64,000 nt of DNA, taken from IMG/VR virus record IMGVR_UViG_3300036715_002236, positions 4,438 through 68,437 of that record, one strand, 5' to 3'. Source of the stretch: a virus. A program made the translations under genes and the position numbers. Below are positions 51,431-62,757 of this stretch, piece by piece; position 1 is the stretch's first letter; the number at the start of each line of letters is the position of its first letter. The notes under the pieces were generated by a model. It did no database searches. It saw nothing but the letters and a program-made list of their open reading frames with translations, and was not told where the DNA came from.

Positions 51431-52245
51431 TTCTTGATTCGTTTGTCGTCACGGTTTTCGTTAAGAAAAGTCTTTCTATACTGTTCCCAACCCTTAAAAT
51501 TACCAGACTGGCCAGAGTGCCACTGAGCTTTTGCTACATGTTCAAACGGACTCCAATGACCACTTGCTGCAAGCTGGTCGTGTAGGTCGTAATCCTTCTC
51601 TGGCTTGATTTCTCCGTCAAAAGTGAGGTAGGAGGTTCGGGCACAACGTGCTGTGGCAATTTTGAGGCGTTGTTCATGGGTGATACCATCCGGCATTTTA
51701 TCACCAAATGGGATATGCCATTCTCCTGTAGGAACGACTGTTGGAGTGCTGTTATTATATTTTTCCAGCATCAAATAGGCTAGAGCCTGAAACTCAGGCT
51801 GAGCAGCTTCGTGAGCGCGAAGGGAGAAGAAGTTGCCATACTCTGAGGCAGTGAGGATGACGGTTGTATTCATCCAACTTTCTAAGAGTCTATTGCTCAG
51901 TTGTTTATGAAGACCCAACTTTTCGAGTTTTTCCACGGTTTCAACCGCTCTATCGCGAGCTTCAAACCATATTCTTTTTGCTTCATTTAATTCTTCTCCA
52001 ACCAATTCAATTTTTGCTGACATGCCTGATTGATTTTTTCCCCAAAAAACTGGAACCGCCGGATTATTTTTTACATCGTCAAGCATTTTCTTCATTGGAA
52101 TAGCTCGAGAAGAAGAAGCGTTTCTTGAAAACATTCGGTGTGTATTAACTTCCGCTAAAATAAATCGAGGAAATGTCAATAACCACGTAGTTAATCTGTT
52201 TCCACTTGTGTTTACCGAATCTAAAATAATATCAGCTTTTATCAT
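51427..52245 (-). CDS. thyX: flavin-dependent thymidylate synthase
   Basis: EVNTHRMFSRNASSSRAIP, HKQ..NRLLE, LRAH..AQPE, ARCARTSY, HWSPFEH. Confidence 0.9.
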   Translation of the reverse strand: MIKADIILDSVNTSGNRLTTWLLTFPRFILAEVNTHRMFSRNASSSRAIPMKKMLDDVKNNPAVPVFWGKNQSGMSAKIELVGEELNEAKRIWFEARDRAVETVEKLEKLGLHKQLSNRLLESWMNTTVILTASEYGNFFSLRAHEAAQPEFQALAYLMLEKYNNSTPTVVPTGEWHIPFGDKMPDGITHEQRLKIATARCARTSYLTFDGEIKPEKDYDLHDQLAASGHWSPFEHVAKAQWHSGQSGNFKGWEQYRKTFLNENRDDKRIKK

Positions 52246-53121
52246 ATTGGTGTATTATCCATATTTTTGTTCAAAAGTCAACGTTTTAAGGTTCCAACAC
52301 TCCTTTCTACGTTCAGCCTCAACATATAACCATTCTTGGTTTCTGATATATTCTCTTAGAGCTTCGTGTAGCTCTAGATGTTGCCTGTTATAATTTCCAA
52401 CAACGGCCCAACATTTCTCAATCTCCAAATCATTGTAGAATTGTTCCATGTAGCAACGCCTGTATGTTTCGTTTTCTTTGGTAAGTCTTGCTAGTTCTTT
52501 ATTATATCTTTCTCTTTCAATTTGTCGGCAACGTTCTAATTGGTCAAATGCATCGACCACTTCATTAACGATGTCTCCAGTATTATGAAGTCCTAAAGAA
52601 AACGTAGAGAGTCTTCGGATATAGTTGTCATTCTGATTTTTCCTCTAAACTCCAAGAAATTGCATCGACCATCAAGTGATGACAAATTATAGACTCTTCT
52701 ATAAGTTTTATCATCTTCTCAAGTCTTTTTCGTTTCTCTGGGTCAGTTGTTGCCTCAAGTTTGGTATTGAAATAATTCAAATCTTCGATAGAAAGAGCTT
52801 TATTTTTCTCTTTGTATTTTTTCAGAGATGCTTCATGTTTTTGTCCATTTTCAAAACCAAGATTGTAGAGATTCAGACAACCAATGAAGATAAGAATAAC
52901 TGATGCTATTAGAAGTATCATTCAATTGTCTCACTCGTATTTTATTGTCCATTCACTGTCATTGTAGATATGGTCGAAAAGGGAATCGTCTTCCGACGTT
53001 CCTTCTTTGACCTTGAGTTTTTTACAGAGAGCCGTGTAAAGTTTAACTTCTTTATCTTGGTTAGCTTTCACTAACTTAATAAAGTTGGTCACAGTTTTCT
53101 TGTGCTTTTTATCGAGTATTA

Positions 53122-53814
53122 TCATTTTTTGAGTTTACGCCTCTTAGGTTTTAAAGTCAACGTTTTTTCCTTGATAAGAGCTTCTTCTTTTTTCGTAGAA
53201 GCTATGAGTTCTTTTAACTGTATTTGTAGTTCTTGCATCTCTGTGCACTTCTTATCTGTTCCAAGTCTCCAATCTTCTCCAGCTTCGCTTGTGGAAATCA
53301 AGTCAAACACGTTCTCGCGCTTAACATAATACCTCAATAGGTCTTTTTTCATTTCCCATTCAAACGGAAAGTAAATGTTTGTCGTCCTTCCTTTAAAAGC
53401 GTCAAAGTTACTGGCCAGACCATAAATCCATTGGCGGTAGTGCCAAACATCATCGTGCTTGACCCAGCCGAAGGCGACTTCATCAGTAGGTGAAGTCATT
53501 GTTGCTATATACATCCAAATAGGAGGTTGGGTTAGTCCAAATTCTCCGTTTTTGAATAGTTCTGGCCAAGCAAATTCTCTCGCTCTGTGGATTTTGTCTT
53601 TAAACTCCTTGTGCAAAACATGGAATATTCTAAGTCTGGCCGCTTTCTCCGCGGTAGATTGGTCTTCGTTGTTCGACAGTGAGACGCTTACCGGGTAAAC
53701 TTCTTTACCCTCTTCGAGATATTTGAGAATGACAGCGGTAGAATCAAATCCACCAGACCAAACTACGGTCATGGCTTTTTCGTCAACCTTCGGTAGTGGA
53801 AGTTTTTCGTTCAT
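53122..53814 (-). CDS. QueC-like PP-loop ATPase
   Basis: VVWSGGFDSTAV PP-loop; C-terminal Zn-binding Cys cluster not evident. Confidence 0.7.
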   Translation of the reverse strand: MNEKLPLPKVDEKAMTVVWSGGFDSTAVILKYLEEGKEVYPVSVSLSNNEDQSTAEKAARLRIFHVLHKEFKDKIHRAREFAWPELFKNGEFGLTQPPIWMYIATMTSPTDEVAFGWVKHDDVWHYRQWIYGLASNFDAFKGRTTNIYFPFEWEMKKDLLRYYVKRENVFDLISTSEAGEDWRLGTDKKCTEMQELQIQLKELIASTKKEEALIKEKTLTLKPKRRKLKK

Positions 53815-54416
53815 TGTTTAATTTTGATTAAGTCCACACGGTCACAGTCACTCATACGAGCGCTAAGACCATCACATAGATGAAGAATCCACGCCTCACG
53901 ACTATGTGGAGCCACTGGGGAACCCCATTCACGCTGTCCATGATGGCTTAGAATACAGTGTAGAACATCCTCTTCTATGTCCTTACATAGACCTGTTCTC
54001 TCTACAGCCTTACTCCAAAAGATAGCAGAACGAGAGATGTGGTGGATGGTGCGTTTGTGAAGTGCTGGCCTCCATTCTGTAGTTCCGTTACTGTAGAAAT
54101 GACAAAAATAGTCGTATATCTTACCGATGTCGTGAAATAAAGCGGCAAGAACAAGAACCTTTTGGTTTACTTCTTTATTGCCAAATGCATTTGAGCGATA
54201 CCCATTAATAACACATAGAGAAACAACTTCCATTGTGTGTTGAATGAGTCCTCCATCACCATAATGATGACCTTCGGGAAAAGAACAGGCGCTCCAACTA
54301 CGAAATTCCGGCATCTTCAAAACCTCTTCGGAAATAGCTACGGTATCAGCACCAAGGCCGCTAATGATTTCTCTCAACTCTTTTAGACAATTATCAGACT
54401 GTTGTTGTGTTCTCAT
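53811..54416 (-). CDS. HD-domain protein, YhaM-like 3'-5' exoribonuclease
   Basis: HHYGDGGLIQHT, LFHDIGK, HCILSHHGQREWGSP, ILHLCD. Confidence 0.85.
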   Translation of the reverse strand: MRTQQQSDNCLKELREIISGLGADTVAISEEVLKMPEFRSWSACSFPEGHHYGDGGLIQHTMEVVSLCVINGYRSNAFGNKEVNQKVLVLAALFHDIGKIYDYFCHFYSNGTTEWRPALHKRTIHHISRSAIFWSKAVERTGLCKDIEEDVLHCILSHHGQREWGSPVAPHSREAWILHLCDGLSARMSDCDRVDLIKIKQ

Positions 54417-55106
54417 TCATTCTTTCCTCAATCATTTTTAAATAGGCGTCTGTTCGGGTCTTTCTTTTTTTCTTCCTCTTCTCTCCCCAACTTTTCTCTT
54501 TCTGGGCGTGTAGCTTCCCAATTCTTATCAAACTCTTCATTTGAAAGGTTGATAGCTTTCTCATAGTCTCCGCCAGATGCTTCAGCGTATTCAATCGCCT
54601 GTTTAACTGCGTCAGGTAGACTGTTAAATGGAAATGCTGTAGCATTCATCAAAAAATCACCAATTTTGTCTTCGGTGAGATTAGGGTATGCTGCGAGAAG
54701 TTGTGTCAACGCATTCATGTTGGAAGCCTTCTCTTCCGGCGTAGCTTTACGAACATTTGAATATTCCATTAGTCGATCCTCGCTACGGTATAATAGTCGG
54801 AAACTACCGATTCAGTGTTTCCAGCATTGTGTTTCTTGCAATACTTCTCAGCGTTCTTTCGGTAGGCAAATTCTTTAATCCAAAGAATCTCTGGACCACT
54901 CCATCTGTCGTATGACATAACTGTTACTCTTACTTTCTTTTTCTGTGCTTTCATAACCATTTTTTAGTTTTGTGATCGTTTTATAAAAATCCCATAGAGA
55001 CTTTAGTTCGATTATAGTATCATTCTCTGCAGTAATATTCAACTTCATTCTGATTAAGGTGGGAATAGTCAGTATCCCTAAAATAAATGAGATTGTATTT
55101 GTCATG

Positions 55107-55664
55107 TTAGCTTACCTTTGTGAATTGTGACCAATGATATATGCTTTCAGCAAATTGTTTGGCTGTATATGGAGCAAATGTTCCGCCGTTCTTCTCGAGA
55201 AAGTTTCGAGCCATTGTTAGTGGAGACATTGGTTCGTTGTCCCAAGGACCACACATAAGGGCCACGATTTCCCAATCAAATCTTCCATCACAAGTGCCGT
55301 CGTTTTCTAAAAGAGTATCCCGAGAATACAAAACTATCTTGGCAAAACTCACAGGTAAACGTGTTCCCTTTTTAGCATGAACTTCGATGTATGAGTCTTC
55401 ACCTTCTCTTCGAGATGTAACCTTAGCCCGAAGGTGACTGACGTTGTTTATATTAGCCCAAGGACATCCAAACAACTTTGAGAGATTCTTTTCTTCGATA
55501 GGAACGACAACCACTTGGCTTAAGTCTTTACGACCTGTTCCAGGCGTTCTTTTGTCCCAATGCTTCTTGACGAGCTTGATTAAGGCATCTGGCTTACCGT
55601 TAAAGGTGCTGTGGTTGCCCTTCTCATTCTGTTTAATAGCGAAATTTGACCATCCGATTTTCAT
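55107..55664 (-). CDS. DUF3228-like protein
   Basis: SRREGE, IVLYSR, DWEIVA, EPMSPLTMARN, AESIYHW. Confidence 0.65.
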   Translation of the reverse strand: MKIGWSNFAIKQNEKGNHSTFNGKPDALIKLVKKHWDKRTPGTGRKDLSQVVVVPIEEKNLSKLFGCPWANINNVSHLRAKVTSRREGEDSYIEVHAKKGTRLPVSFAKIVLYSRDTLLENDGTCDGRFDWEIVALMCGPWDNEPMSPLTMARNFLEKNGGTFAPYTAKQFAESIYHWSQFTKVS

Positions 55665-56023
55665 TTTTTTCTCCTTGCTAGATTTAGTGCGGTTCCCGAT
55701 TTTTCTTTACCGGGACGAACCCAGGCAATGTCCATACAACTTGCTTCAGTCATTGCAGTATCTCTTGACTCATCATCAGAGAATCCTCCGATAGTAGGAA
55801 ACTGGCCAGCGTTGTGTCTCGGGGAATTAAACATGTGATACACAACAACATTTTTTCCCGTTAGATAAATTTGTGCAAAAAAGTCAGAACCTTTGAAATC
55901 TCCGACGACAAAGTGAGTGATGCCATCACGGATAGCCGCATCAATCCACGGAACGTAGATTGCAGTAAACTCTCCTTGGGAAAGGTCGCCGTGGCCGGAT
56001 ATAAATGCGGTCTTTGCTTTCAC
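55661..56023 (-). CDS. SLOG-like small protein
   Basis: FISGH, FVVGDFKGSD, RDTAMT, SGTALN. Confidence 0.6.
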   Translation of the reverse strand: MKAKTAFISGHGDLSQGEFTAIYVPWIDAAIRDGITHFVVGDFKGSDFFAQIYLTGKNVVVYHMFNSPRHNAGQFPTIGGFSDDESRDTAMTEASCMDIAWVRPGKEKSGTALNLARRKK

Positions 56024-56474
56024 AATTTTAATGCCTTCCTTTCAGCTTTCGTGAGTTTAGAAAGAGCCGATTCCTTAAGAGAGTTTTTAGCCGACTCTCT
56101 GGCTTTTTTAGACAAAGCAGCTTTTTCATCCTTGATTTTTTGTTTTTCCAAATCTTCTTGGGCTTCTTTCTGTAAGTATTTGTGAATTTCGTTGTCAGTC
56201 ATGTCAAAAAATGACACCGGAAAACAATCCGAATAGCTCACCTTAGCGGATTCACAATTTTTACTGATGTAAATTGGAAAATAACCATCAGCCCCAACTC
56301 TTTGTGGTTTTGGCATAATGTCCCCTTCATAATAATCGAATGCCCACCAGTAGTCCTTACCAAGCTTGAAAAATTTAGCAATAGCTCCAACCACACGAAT
56401 AGTCTGTGTTTCGAGTATACCAGCTTTCTCATTGGAGATAGCCACAGCATCATAGTAGTCTTTTAGTATTTTGT

Positions 56475-56969
56475 TCATGGGATTGGGTCGTAACCTTGTT
56501 TTTGAGCTTCTTCTTTGCAGAGAGTGCGGTTCCACGATGGCTTACCATTTTTTAAACGATAAGTCGTGCCATACTCTCCAGTGACTTCACAGGTATGTGA
56601 AGATTGACTTTCGATTCCGCTTACATAGGAATACCACAGTTTTTGGAAAAAAGGAGGAAGTTTGCTGTTACCCTGCCACGTTAGATGACCAAACTTCTCT
56701 TTACAAATAAAACCATGAATGGACGCATCAATACCTTGAGCACGAAGATGAGTCACGAGCTCGGTGCCAGTTTGAGCCAATTCGGAAATAAGTTTCGACC
56801 AACCTGCTCCATGTTCAAAACCGAAACGGAGATTGACTCGAGCATCATCTGGCAAATCCTTGGTGTAGCAAAGAACGTCGGGGCTCTTCTCCAAGAAAAT
56901 CAGAGGAAATTTGTTGACCAATTCAATCTCCCACGGTTTGAGGTTAGTTTTTTGAAATTGATGGCTCAT
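56475..56969 (-). CDS. conserved phage protein
   Basis: GAGW, KEKFG.L, S.HTCEVTG, W.RTLC motifs. Confidence 0.65.
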   Translation of the reverse strand: MSHQFQKTNLKPWEIELVNKFPLIFLEKSPDVLCYTKDLPDDARVNLRFGFEHGAGWSKLISELAQTGTELVTHLRAQGIDASIHGFICKEKFGHLTWQGNSKLPPFFQKLWYSYVSGIESQSSHTCEVTGEYGTTYRLKNGKPSWNRTLCKEEAQKQGYDPIP

Positions 56970-57934
56970 AGTCGTAGTTTGTAGGCATTTATCAACCGAT
57001 TTTTAATTTCGGTGATTTGTTCTGGATAAAGTTTACGTAGTGGGTCATGGTCGCCGTCGTCTTCGAAGGCGGCATCAACAATGTCCTGAAAATTTTTAAG
57101 AAGTTCATCATCAGTATCGAGTTCTCCCCGACCTCCGCAACAGAAGCAGTATTCTCCATATCCGTCTCCATTACACTTGTAACATGTCTTTGGCATTAGA
57201 TTAGAGAATTTAAGATTTCTTCCTTGGTAAAATACTCCACGTAATTGAGGAGATATGCTTCCAAGAGTCTATTAGGTATTTTCTCATCATTCGAGGAATA
57301 GTCAAACCTATTTTTAACGCATCTAAAATGTGTTGATGTTCTAAGAATTACAAGATTCGCTTGGCACAAATCTTGAGAACGGACTCCGTGAATTTCAAAC
57401 GGAGATGCATCAAGTCTCAAACAATCAATGATTAATAGTTTTTTCATAGTGTCTTTGGGCAACCAATGTTTTCAAAGTAAACGCGATTCGAAGCTTCCTT
57501 TAGCTCCTCCTCTTTTTTTAATTTATCAAGTCGCGGACCTTCAAGATATTTGTCAAACGTTTCTCCCAATAGAATCAGCTCAGCACGTGTGACAGTAGAA
57601 TCCTTTGGGGAAATTTCGGCCACGTTTACCGTTCTGCGTGGAGTAAAACTTCCGCGCCTTACTCCGCCATAATAAAATGAATCTCCAATCCAAACGGACA
57701 GACCCGATGTGTGGGTGTAAGTAGAGCTGTGAGTGTCCGGTTGGCCTGGAATTTGAACCCAAGCCGAATAAACCCAATTTTCTGGAGTTTGTATCATCGA
57801 TTTGACGATGCCCTTGATAAAACAAGAAGGTTCTGGGTCAACGGGCTCTGCAGGAGGGTCTGGCCAAGGTTCTGGTGGAGAAACTGGCGCAGGAATTCTC
57901 TGAGGAGACTTAGAGCTAAATAATTTGAATATGT

Positions 57935-59035
57935 TCATGTGAGTGATTTCCCGAGACGATGGAGAAGTTGAAAAACTTCATAGGTCATAGCCATTTCCGA
58001 AACTTGTGTCCAGATGACGCCGTGGCCATCCTTTAAGATTTTGTCGCCTATGACAACTTTTTTATCGTGATAGGTATATTGAGACTGCAATCGATTGTTT
58101 ACCTGTGTATCACTGTATCCGCGCTTCCTAAGTCTCTTAAGATACTTTTTAGATTCGGGTTCACGAACCAAGATAACGTTGTTGTTACAGAGAAATAACC
58201 AATCGAGTTCCGCTAACAAGGCGCCTTCCAAAAGGACAATACCTTTCTTACCTCTCAGTTCTTCACGTAGAAGAGTGAGAATTGGTTCACGATAAATGGA
58301 GTTCAAAACGTTGAGTTTGTCTTTGTTCCCAAATACAATCTCACCAAGAGCTTTTCGATCTGAGGTGCCGAATTCTCGAAGGATTTCTCCACGAACCTCC
58401 TCAGCGAGAGGAGTTGTCTCCGTTAAGAGACGGTGAGCGAGCAAATCCATGTTGACATGATGTATCGTGCAACCAAATTCATGTTGCATTTCATCAACCA
58501 GATACTTACAGAAGGTAGATTTTCCAGCTCCAATAATTCCAGTCACTCCAACGATGGCCTGACCGAGCTTAGCCTCAACTGCTTCCTTGATATTCAAAGG
58601 AAGATAGTCGTGAACCAAGCCCTGAAATTTGGCCAGCGCCTTGGAGGCAGATGAGCTTACGTGAGATAGTTTTGTGTCAGAGAAAAGAAGAATAGTCTCC
58701 AAATTCCTCTGTTGGGTCAGCGTGATTTCGTTGATGAGCTTCTCATAATCGAAGTCTTGAGCCGTCCGCGCTCCCTTGATAAGATGGGTGTAACCGTTGA
58801 TACGAGCGTAGTCTGCGGTTAGATTGTTAATCTCCACAACCGATACGTTGTGTTTCTTGATGCTTGGAATGGCTTTGATAAGAGCAATACGCTCCTCCAC
58901 GGAAAACATGTATTTCTTGCTTGGGTTATTGCCAATACCAATCGTTACAGTAGGAAACATCGCACAGGCACGGAGGACAATGTTCAAGTGTCCAAGTGTA
59001 AATGGGTCGAAACTACCAACATATAAGGCTTTCAT
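57935..59035 (-). CDS. coaD: bifunctional phosphopantetheine adenylyltransferase / dephospho-CoA kinase
   Basis: YVGSFDPFTLGH...NPSKKYMFSVEER...DFDYE...VSSS (CoaD) fused to VGVTGIIGAGKST...DRKALGEIVF...EGALL (CoaE). Confidence 0.9.
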   Translation of the reverse strand: MKALYVGSFDPFTLGHLNIVLRACAMFPTVTIGIGNNPSKKYMFSVEERIALIKAIPSIKKHNVSVVEINNLTADYARINGYTHLIKGARTAQDFDYEKLINEITLTQQRNLETILLFSDTKLSHVSSSASKALAKFQGLVHDYLPLNIKEAVEAKLGQAIVGVTGIIGAGKSTFCKYLVDEMQHEFGCTIHHVNMDLLAHRLLTETTPLAEEVRGEILREFGTSDRKALGEIVFGNKDKLNVLNSIYREPILTLLREELRGKKGIVLLEGALLAELDWLFLCNNNVILVREPESKKYLKRLRKRGYSDTQVNNRLQSQYTYHDKKVVIGDKILKDGHGVIWTQVSEMAMTYEVFQLLHRLGKSLT

Positions 59036-60433
59036 AGTTCTTTAAGTCTTTCAATTTCTTTCCGGATGTCAAAATGAATAACGGAACCGATTGGACCGCA
59101 TTCGTAATCATTCTCCGTCATCCAGCTAAGGATTTCTTCTAACAATTCAACGGTGGGTTTTACTTGTGCTTTCATTTTGTCGTATTGTTTGAGTTTATTT
59201 TCACCAAATTCAGTGAGGGTTTGGCCATTCTGTTTAAGCTGGCGCAGAGCTTCTTGTTCAGTTTTTATTGGGTTGGAGAGTCTATCGGCTAGATTCATTT
59301 TCCATCCTTTACTACGAAGAAGTTTTCGGTGAGACTATCGGTGTTGATAACCATTCCTTTTTCGAACCAATTCTGGCCTTTTCCAACGTAATATGCCTTA
59401 TCGGTATCGTGTGGAGAGAGAACAAGGTCGATGGCCGGAGAATCCATCGTTCTGCCGTCAAGATAAGCCTGAATAGAGTGGCAGAGTCCTTCCATGCGCC
59501 CGAGTTCTGTTTCGTTACATTGTCCACGCTGTTCCGACCAATACTTACACAGCCAAAGCATGTGTTTTTGGAATCTGATTCGACATTCTTCAGGAGTGTA
59601 TGCTCTTGGGGTATTCATTTTAGTTCCTTGTAGATTTTGTCCAACTTGGAGGAAAGTTTTGTTGAGGTGTTGACCCACTTGATAACGTCGTCAAGCGTAG
59701 CTCCTTTGTTATAAAAGCTGGTTTGAGCCATTTCAACTTCAAGCTTGGTCATACCGTTGACGATTTCGACAATTCGTTCTTTGAGTTCTTTCTTTTTCAT
59801 GGTGCGTAATGAGCTTTCTTAGCAGAGTCAAGCATGTCGTTGTAACTATTGTGTGAGTGTGTAAGAAGTTTCTCAATCAAATCCATTGCCAGACAGAGTT
59901 CATTCTTGGCCTCAGCCTCAGTGAGTTCAGCGACGGTTTTCACCGTTGTTATACAGTTTGGATTGTTAGAATCTTTACGACTGTAAATTGGACTATCTAC
60001 TTGATAATTTTTCCATTTCTTGTTTTTCATATTACAGTCTCCTTAGTTTTTTGAGTGCTCACGATGGCACAAAATTTAAAAGTTTGAGCGAAAAAACACA
60101 CTAATCCTAAAAGGAAGGATGCTGTTTGGTAGCTCATTTCTGGTTTGAATAACCAAGAAAAATCTATGACTTTAGGAAGCATTTTGTTTTTTGATAAACG
60201 AATTGACTGATTTTTTGTCAAGGGCTGGGTTCTTGTCTTCGTCAAACCAGAAATAACCACCAGCAGCGGTTTTGCCAATAGGAGTCTGTTCCAATGGGTC
60301 ATAACCTTTCTCGATGTTAAGTCGAATCTGGTCTACCCAAGGTGTCATATTAATTATGCGGCCGGACTTAGTTAAGATAGCTAAAGATGTATTCATATAT
60401 CAACAGTAGATTATAACAACACAAAAGTCAATA

Positions 60434-60467
60434 TTTTATCACTTTTTATCACTTTTTTATCACTTTT
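60434..60467. repeat. short tandem repeat (TTTTATCACT x3)
   Basis: Seen directly at the 3' end of the 60466 endonuclease gene. Confidence 0.7.
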
Positions 60468-61368
60468 ACTCAAGTCGTTGTAACTCTTTTAGTAATGATT
60501 CTTTCACAGATTCAAAATTGCTATTTATATCAAGTTCCCATAATATAATAACTTTATACCCAAAACTTTCAATCTGCTTTTTTCTGGCTCTGTCAAATAT
60601 TCTAATATCGTGAGCGGTTATTGGTCCCCCGTATTTATAAACCAAATCCGTAGATTTGTATTTTTTTGGATTCGCATGCCAAATGTCTCCGTATATTTCA
60701 ATGACCACTTTCTTTCCATCTACCACAATATCAGGTATCGGAGAGTAGTTGGATTTTGTAAATTTATTAAATTTTTTGAATCTACCATCCATACACTCAC
60801 TGATAAATTCAACTCCGATAGATTTGAGATATTCTTCTACTTTCTTATGTGGTTTGCTTCTTCGTCCACCGTTCGCCTTTTCCCATGCAAAATGTAATGA
60901 ATTTTTAACTCCGTATTTTAATAGGCAGGTCTGTTCAATCTTTAATTGGACCTCTTTAGTTTGAAACACATTATCCACTCCGTATTTTTTCCGAACAGTT
61001 TTGTCTCTTTTATTATAAAATTTAGTTCCTTTGCACATCACATGTGAAACTCCATATCGTTGCATAGCAGTTTGAGAACGTTTATCTTTAACATTCTGTG
61101 TGTTGGCTTGTTCTTTGCACGTCATCGTAGGAATTTCAAATTCTTTGCACAATTCAAATAGATGAATCGGCTGAGTTTGTATTCCCCTTGGCTTAAGAAT
61201 GTTCAAGCAGATGTGATTGATGCTACATCCGTCAGAAATCAGTTCAGATAGAAAATCTTTTGTCAAGATAGTTCTAATATAAGAACGACGTGCATGATTA
61301 TTTGAATGGAGAGCAAGTATATTAGCATCCAACTCCATTTTGTTGAATTTTTCAAGAATATGTCCCAT
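60466..61368 (-). CDS. homing-endonuclease-like protein: KYGV repeats plus PD-(D/E)xK (Vsr/DUF559-like) domain
   Basis: Three [R/K]YGV repeats; PDIVV...IEIYGDIWHAN; GYKVIILWE. Confidence 0.85.
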   Translation of the reverse strand: MGHILEKFNKMELDANILALHSNNHARRSYIRTILTKDFLSELISDGCSINHICLNILKPRGIQTQPIHLFELCKEFEIPTMTCKEQANTQNVKDKRSQTAMQRYGVSHVMCKGTKFYNKRDKTVRKKYGVDNVFQTKEVQLKIEQTCLLKYGVKNSLHFAWEKANGGRRSKPHKKVEEYLKSIGVEFISECMDGRFKKFNKFTKSNYSPIPDIVVDGKKVVIEIYGDIWHANPKKYKSTDLVYKYGGPITAHDIRIFDRARKKQIESFGYKVIILWELDINSNFESVKESLLKELQRLE

Positions 61369-61415
61369 ACAAATAAGTATATGGGACAAAACAAATTCAA
61401 CGGACAATACTAAAA

Positions 61416-62510
61416 TTATTCGTAATTTCTAATCGCCACGATTACACCGAATCGAGGCTTGCCATCCGGTGTCATATTTTGATACCGAACCGTGGCTTTC
61501 TCTCCAATATATTTTTTAGCATTCTTGAGCAAATCAATATAAAAATCTTCATTTCCACGTGCGTTTGCTTCAAATTCAACCCCCGCATCAGTAATAAGTT
61601 GGGCTCGGCCGAACATTCCGGACCGATTTCCCTTTCCTTCCGTGATTCCTAGAATTTTGAATTCTGCATCCACAAATTCTTTTCGTTTAAGCAAAAACTT
61701 GCTACGTTTATTTTGATAAACGTCATCGGTGCGAATCATTTGACCTTCCTGGCCATCGGTGAGATATTCGGCGTATTTGGCGTCCAGTTCCTCTTTATTG
61801 TTTACTAGAGAGGTTGATACAAATACGATGGATTTGTTCTTTGGTAAAATGTTCTTTAGTTCAACCGAGCGCTTGCTGAATACCTCTTCGCTGCTTGGTA
61901 GGTCGTAAACCCAATACTGCAACGTGGCTTCACTTTTATCCAAGTCCTCTTTTGTTGGCTTGGTCTGTTTGGCCAGACTAATAATGCTGTTGAAATCATT
62001 TTTATACTTATCACAGAACAACTCACCGTCAAAAACCAGAGTGTCGTCCTTGTCAAATAGAAACTTTAGAGCAGCGTGAATATGCGGTGCGGACATAATC
62101 TTTTTTCCGGTTCTGCTCCACATACCATCAACTTTACAGATACAGCGCATTCCGTCCAGTTTTGGTTGGGTGTAGACCGGAAACACAAAATCAACCTCTC
62201 CGTATTTCTTCGCCAGCATCGGCTTAACGTAAATCATGCAAGTGTCAATCTTCTTGATGTCAGGCGTGTAGCCCGTCTTCGCCCGCTTGTCCCACTTCGA
62301 TTGTGCTTCGGACAAAGCCTGTTCTGAGGGCGTAGTCTCGTTGGCCCGGCCAACGTTCTTACCTTCACAGGTCGTCCATTCATTTACAACTCGTTTACCA
62401 TCAGTAAGACCTGACGTTACACGATACTGATTCTTATCGATTTCGATGGACCAAGTTTGGGTGGCACCAGTTGAGGTGCGACTGTAGAGGGTGGGAAGCG
62501 TTTTACTCAT
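61416..62510 (-). CDS. lig: ATP-dependent DNA ligase
   Basis: PMLA, QPKLDGMRC, SRTGK, FDGEL, YD, EGQMIR, KRS..LLK.K, C-terminal OB domain. Confidence 0.92.
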   Translation of the reverse strand: MSKTLPTLYSRTSTGATQTWSIEIDKNQYRVTSGLTDGKRVVNEWTTCEGKNVGRANETTPSEQALSEAQSKWDKRAKTGYTPDIKKIDTCMIYVKPMLAKKYGEVDFVFPVYTQPKLDGMRCICKVDGMWSRTGKKIMSAPHIHAALKFLFDKDDTLVFDGELFCDKYKNDFNSIISLAKQTKPTKEDLDKSEATLQYWVYDLPSSEEVFSKRSVELKNILPKNKSIVFVSTSLVNNKEELDAKYAEYLTDGQEGQMIRTDDVYQNKRSKFLLKRKEFVDAEFKILGITEGKGNRSGMFGRAQLITDAGVEFEANARGNEDFYIDLLKNAKKYIGEKATVRYQNMTPDGKPRFGVIVAIRNYE

Positions 62511-62757
62511 AGGAATAGTCTGTATGTTGGTTTATAAAATGTCAATGATTATCTGCCACGCTGAAGCATTTTCCTGCGTTGGTTCAACCAATACTTGTAT
62601 CGGCGTGAGCCTTGACTGTGACGATGCTGATTGGCCAAAAGTCGGTCATACTTGGCACAGTATTTTTCCACCGCGTTCATTGTTTTATTTTACGGAAATG
62701 AGTTTGTTGGTTTATAAAATTTCAAGACGTAATCGACTTGATGTATGCCTGCATGGC

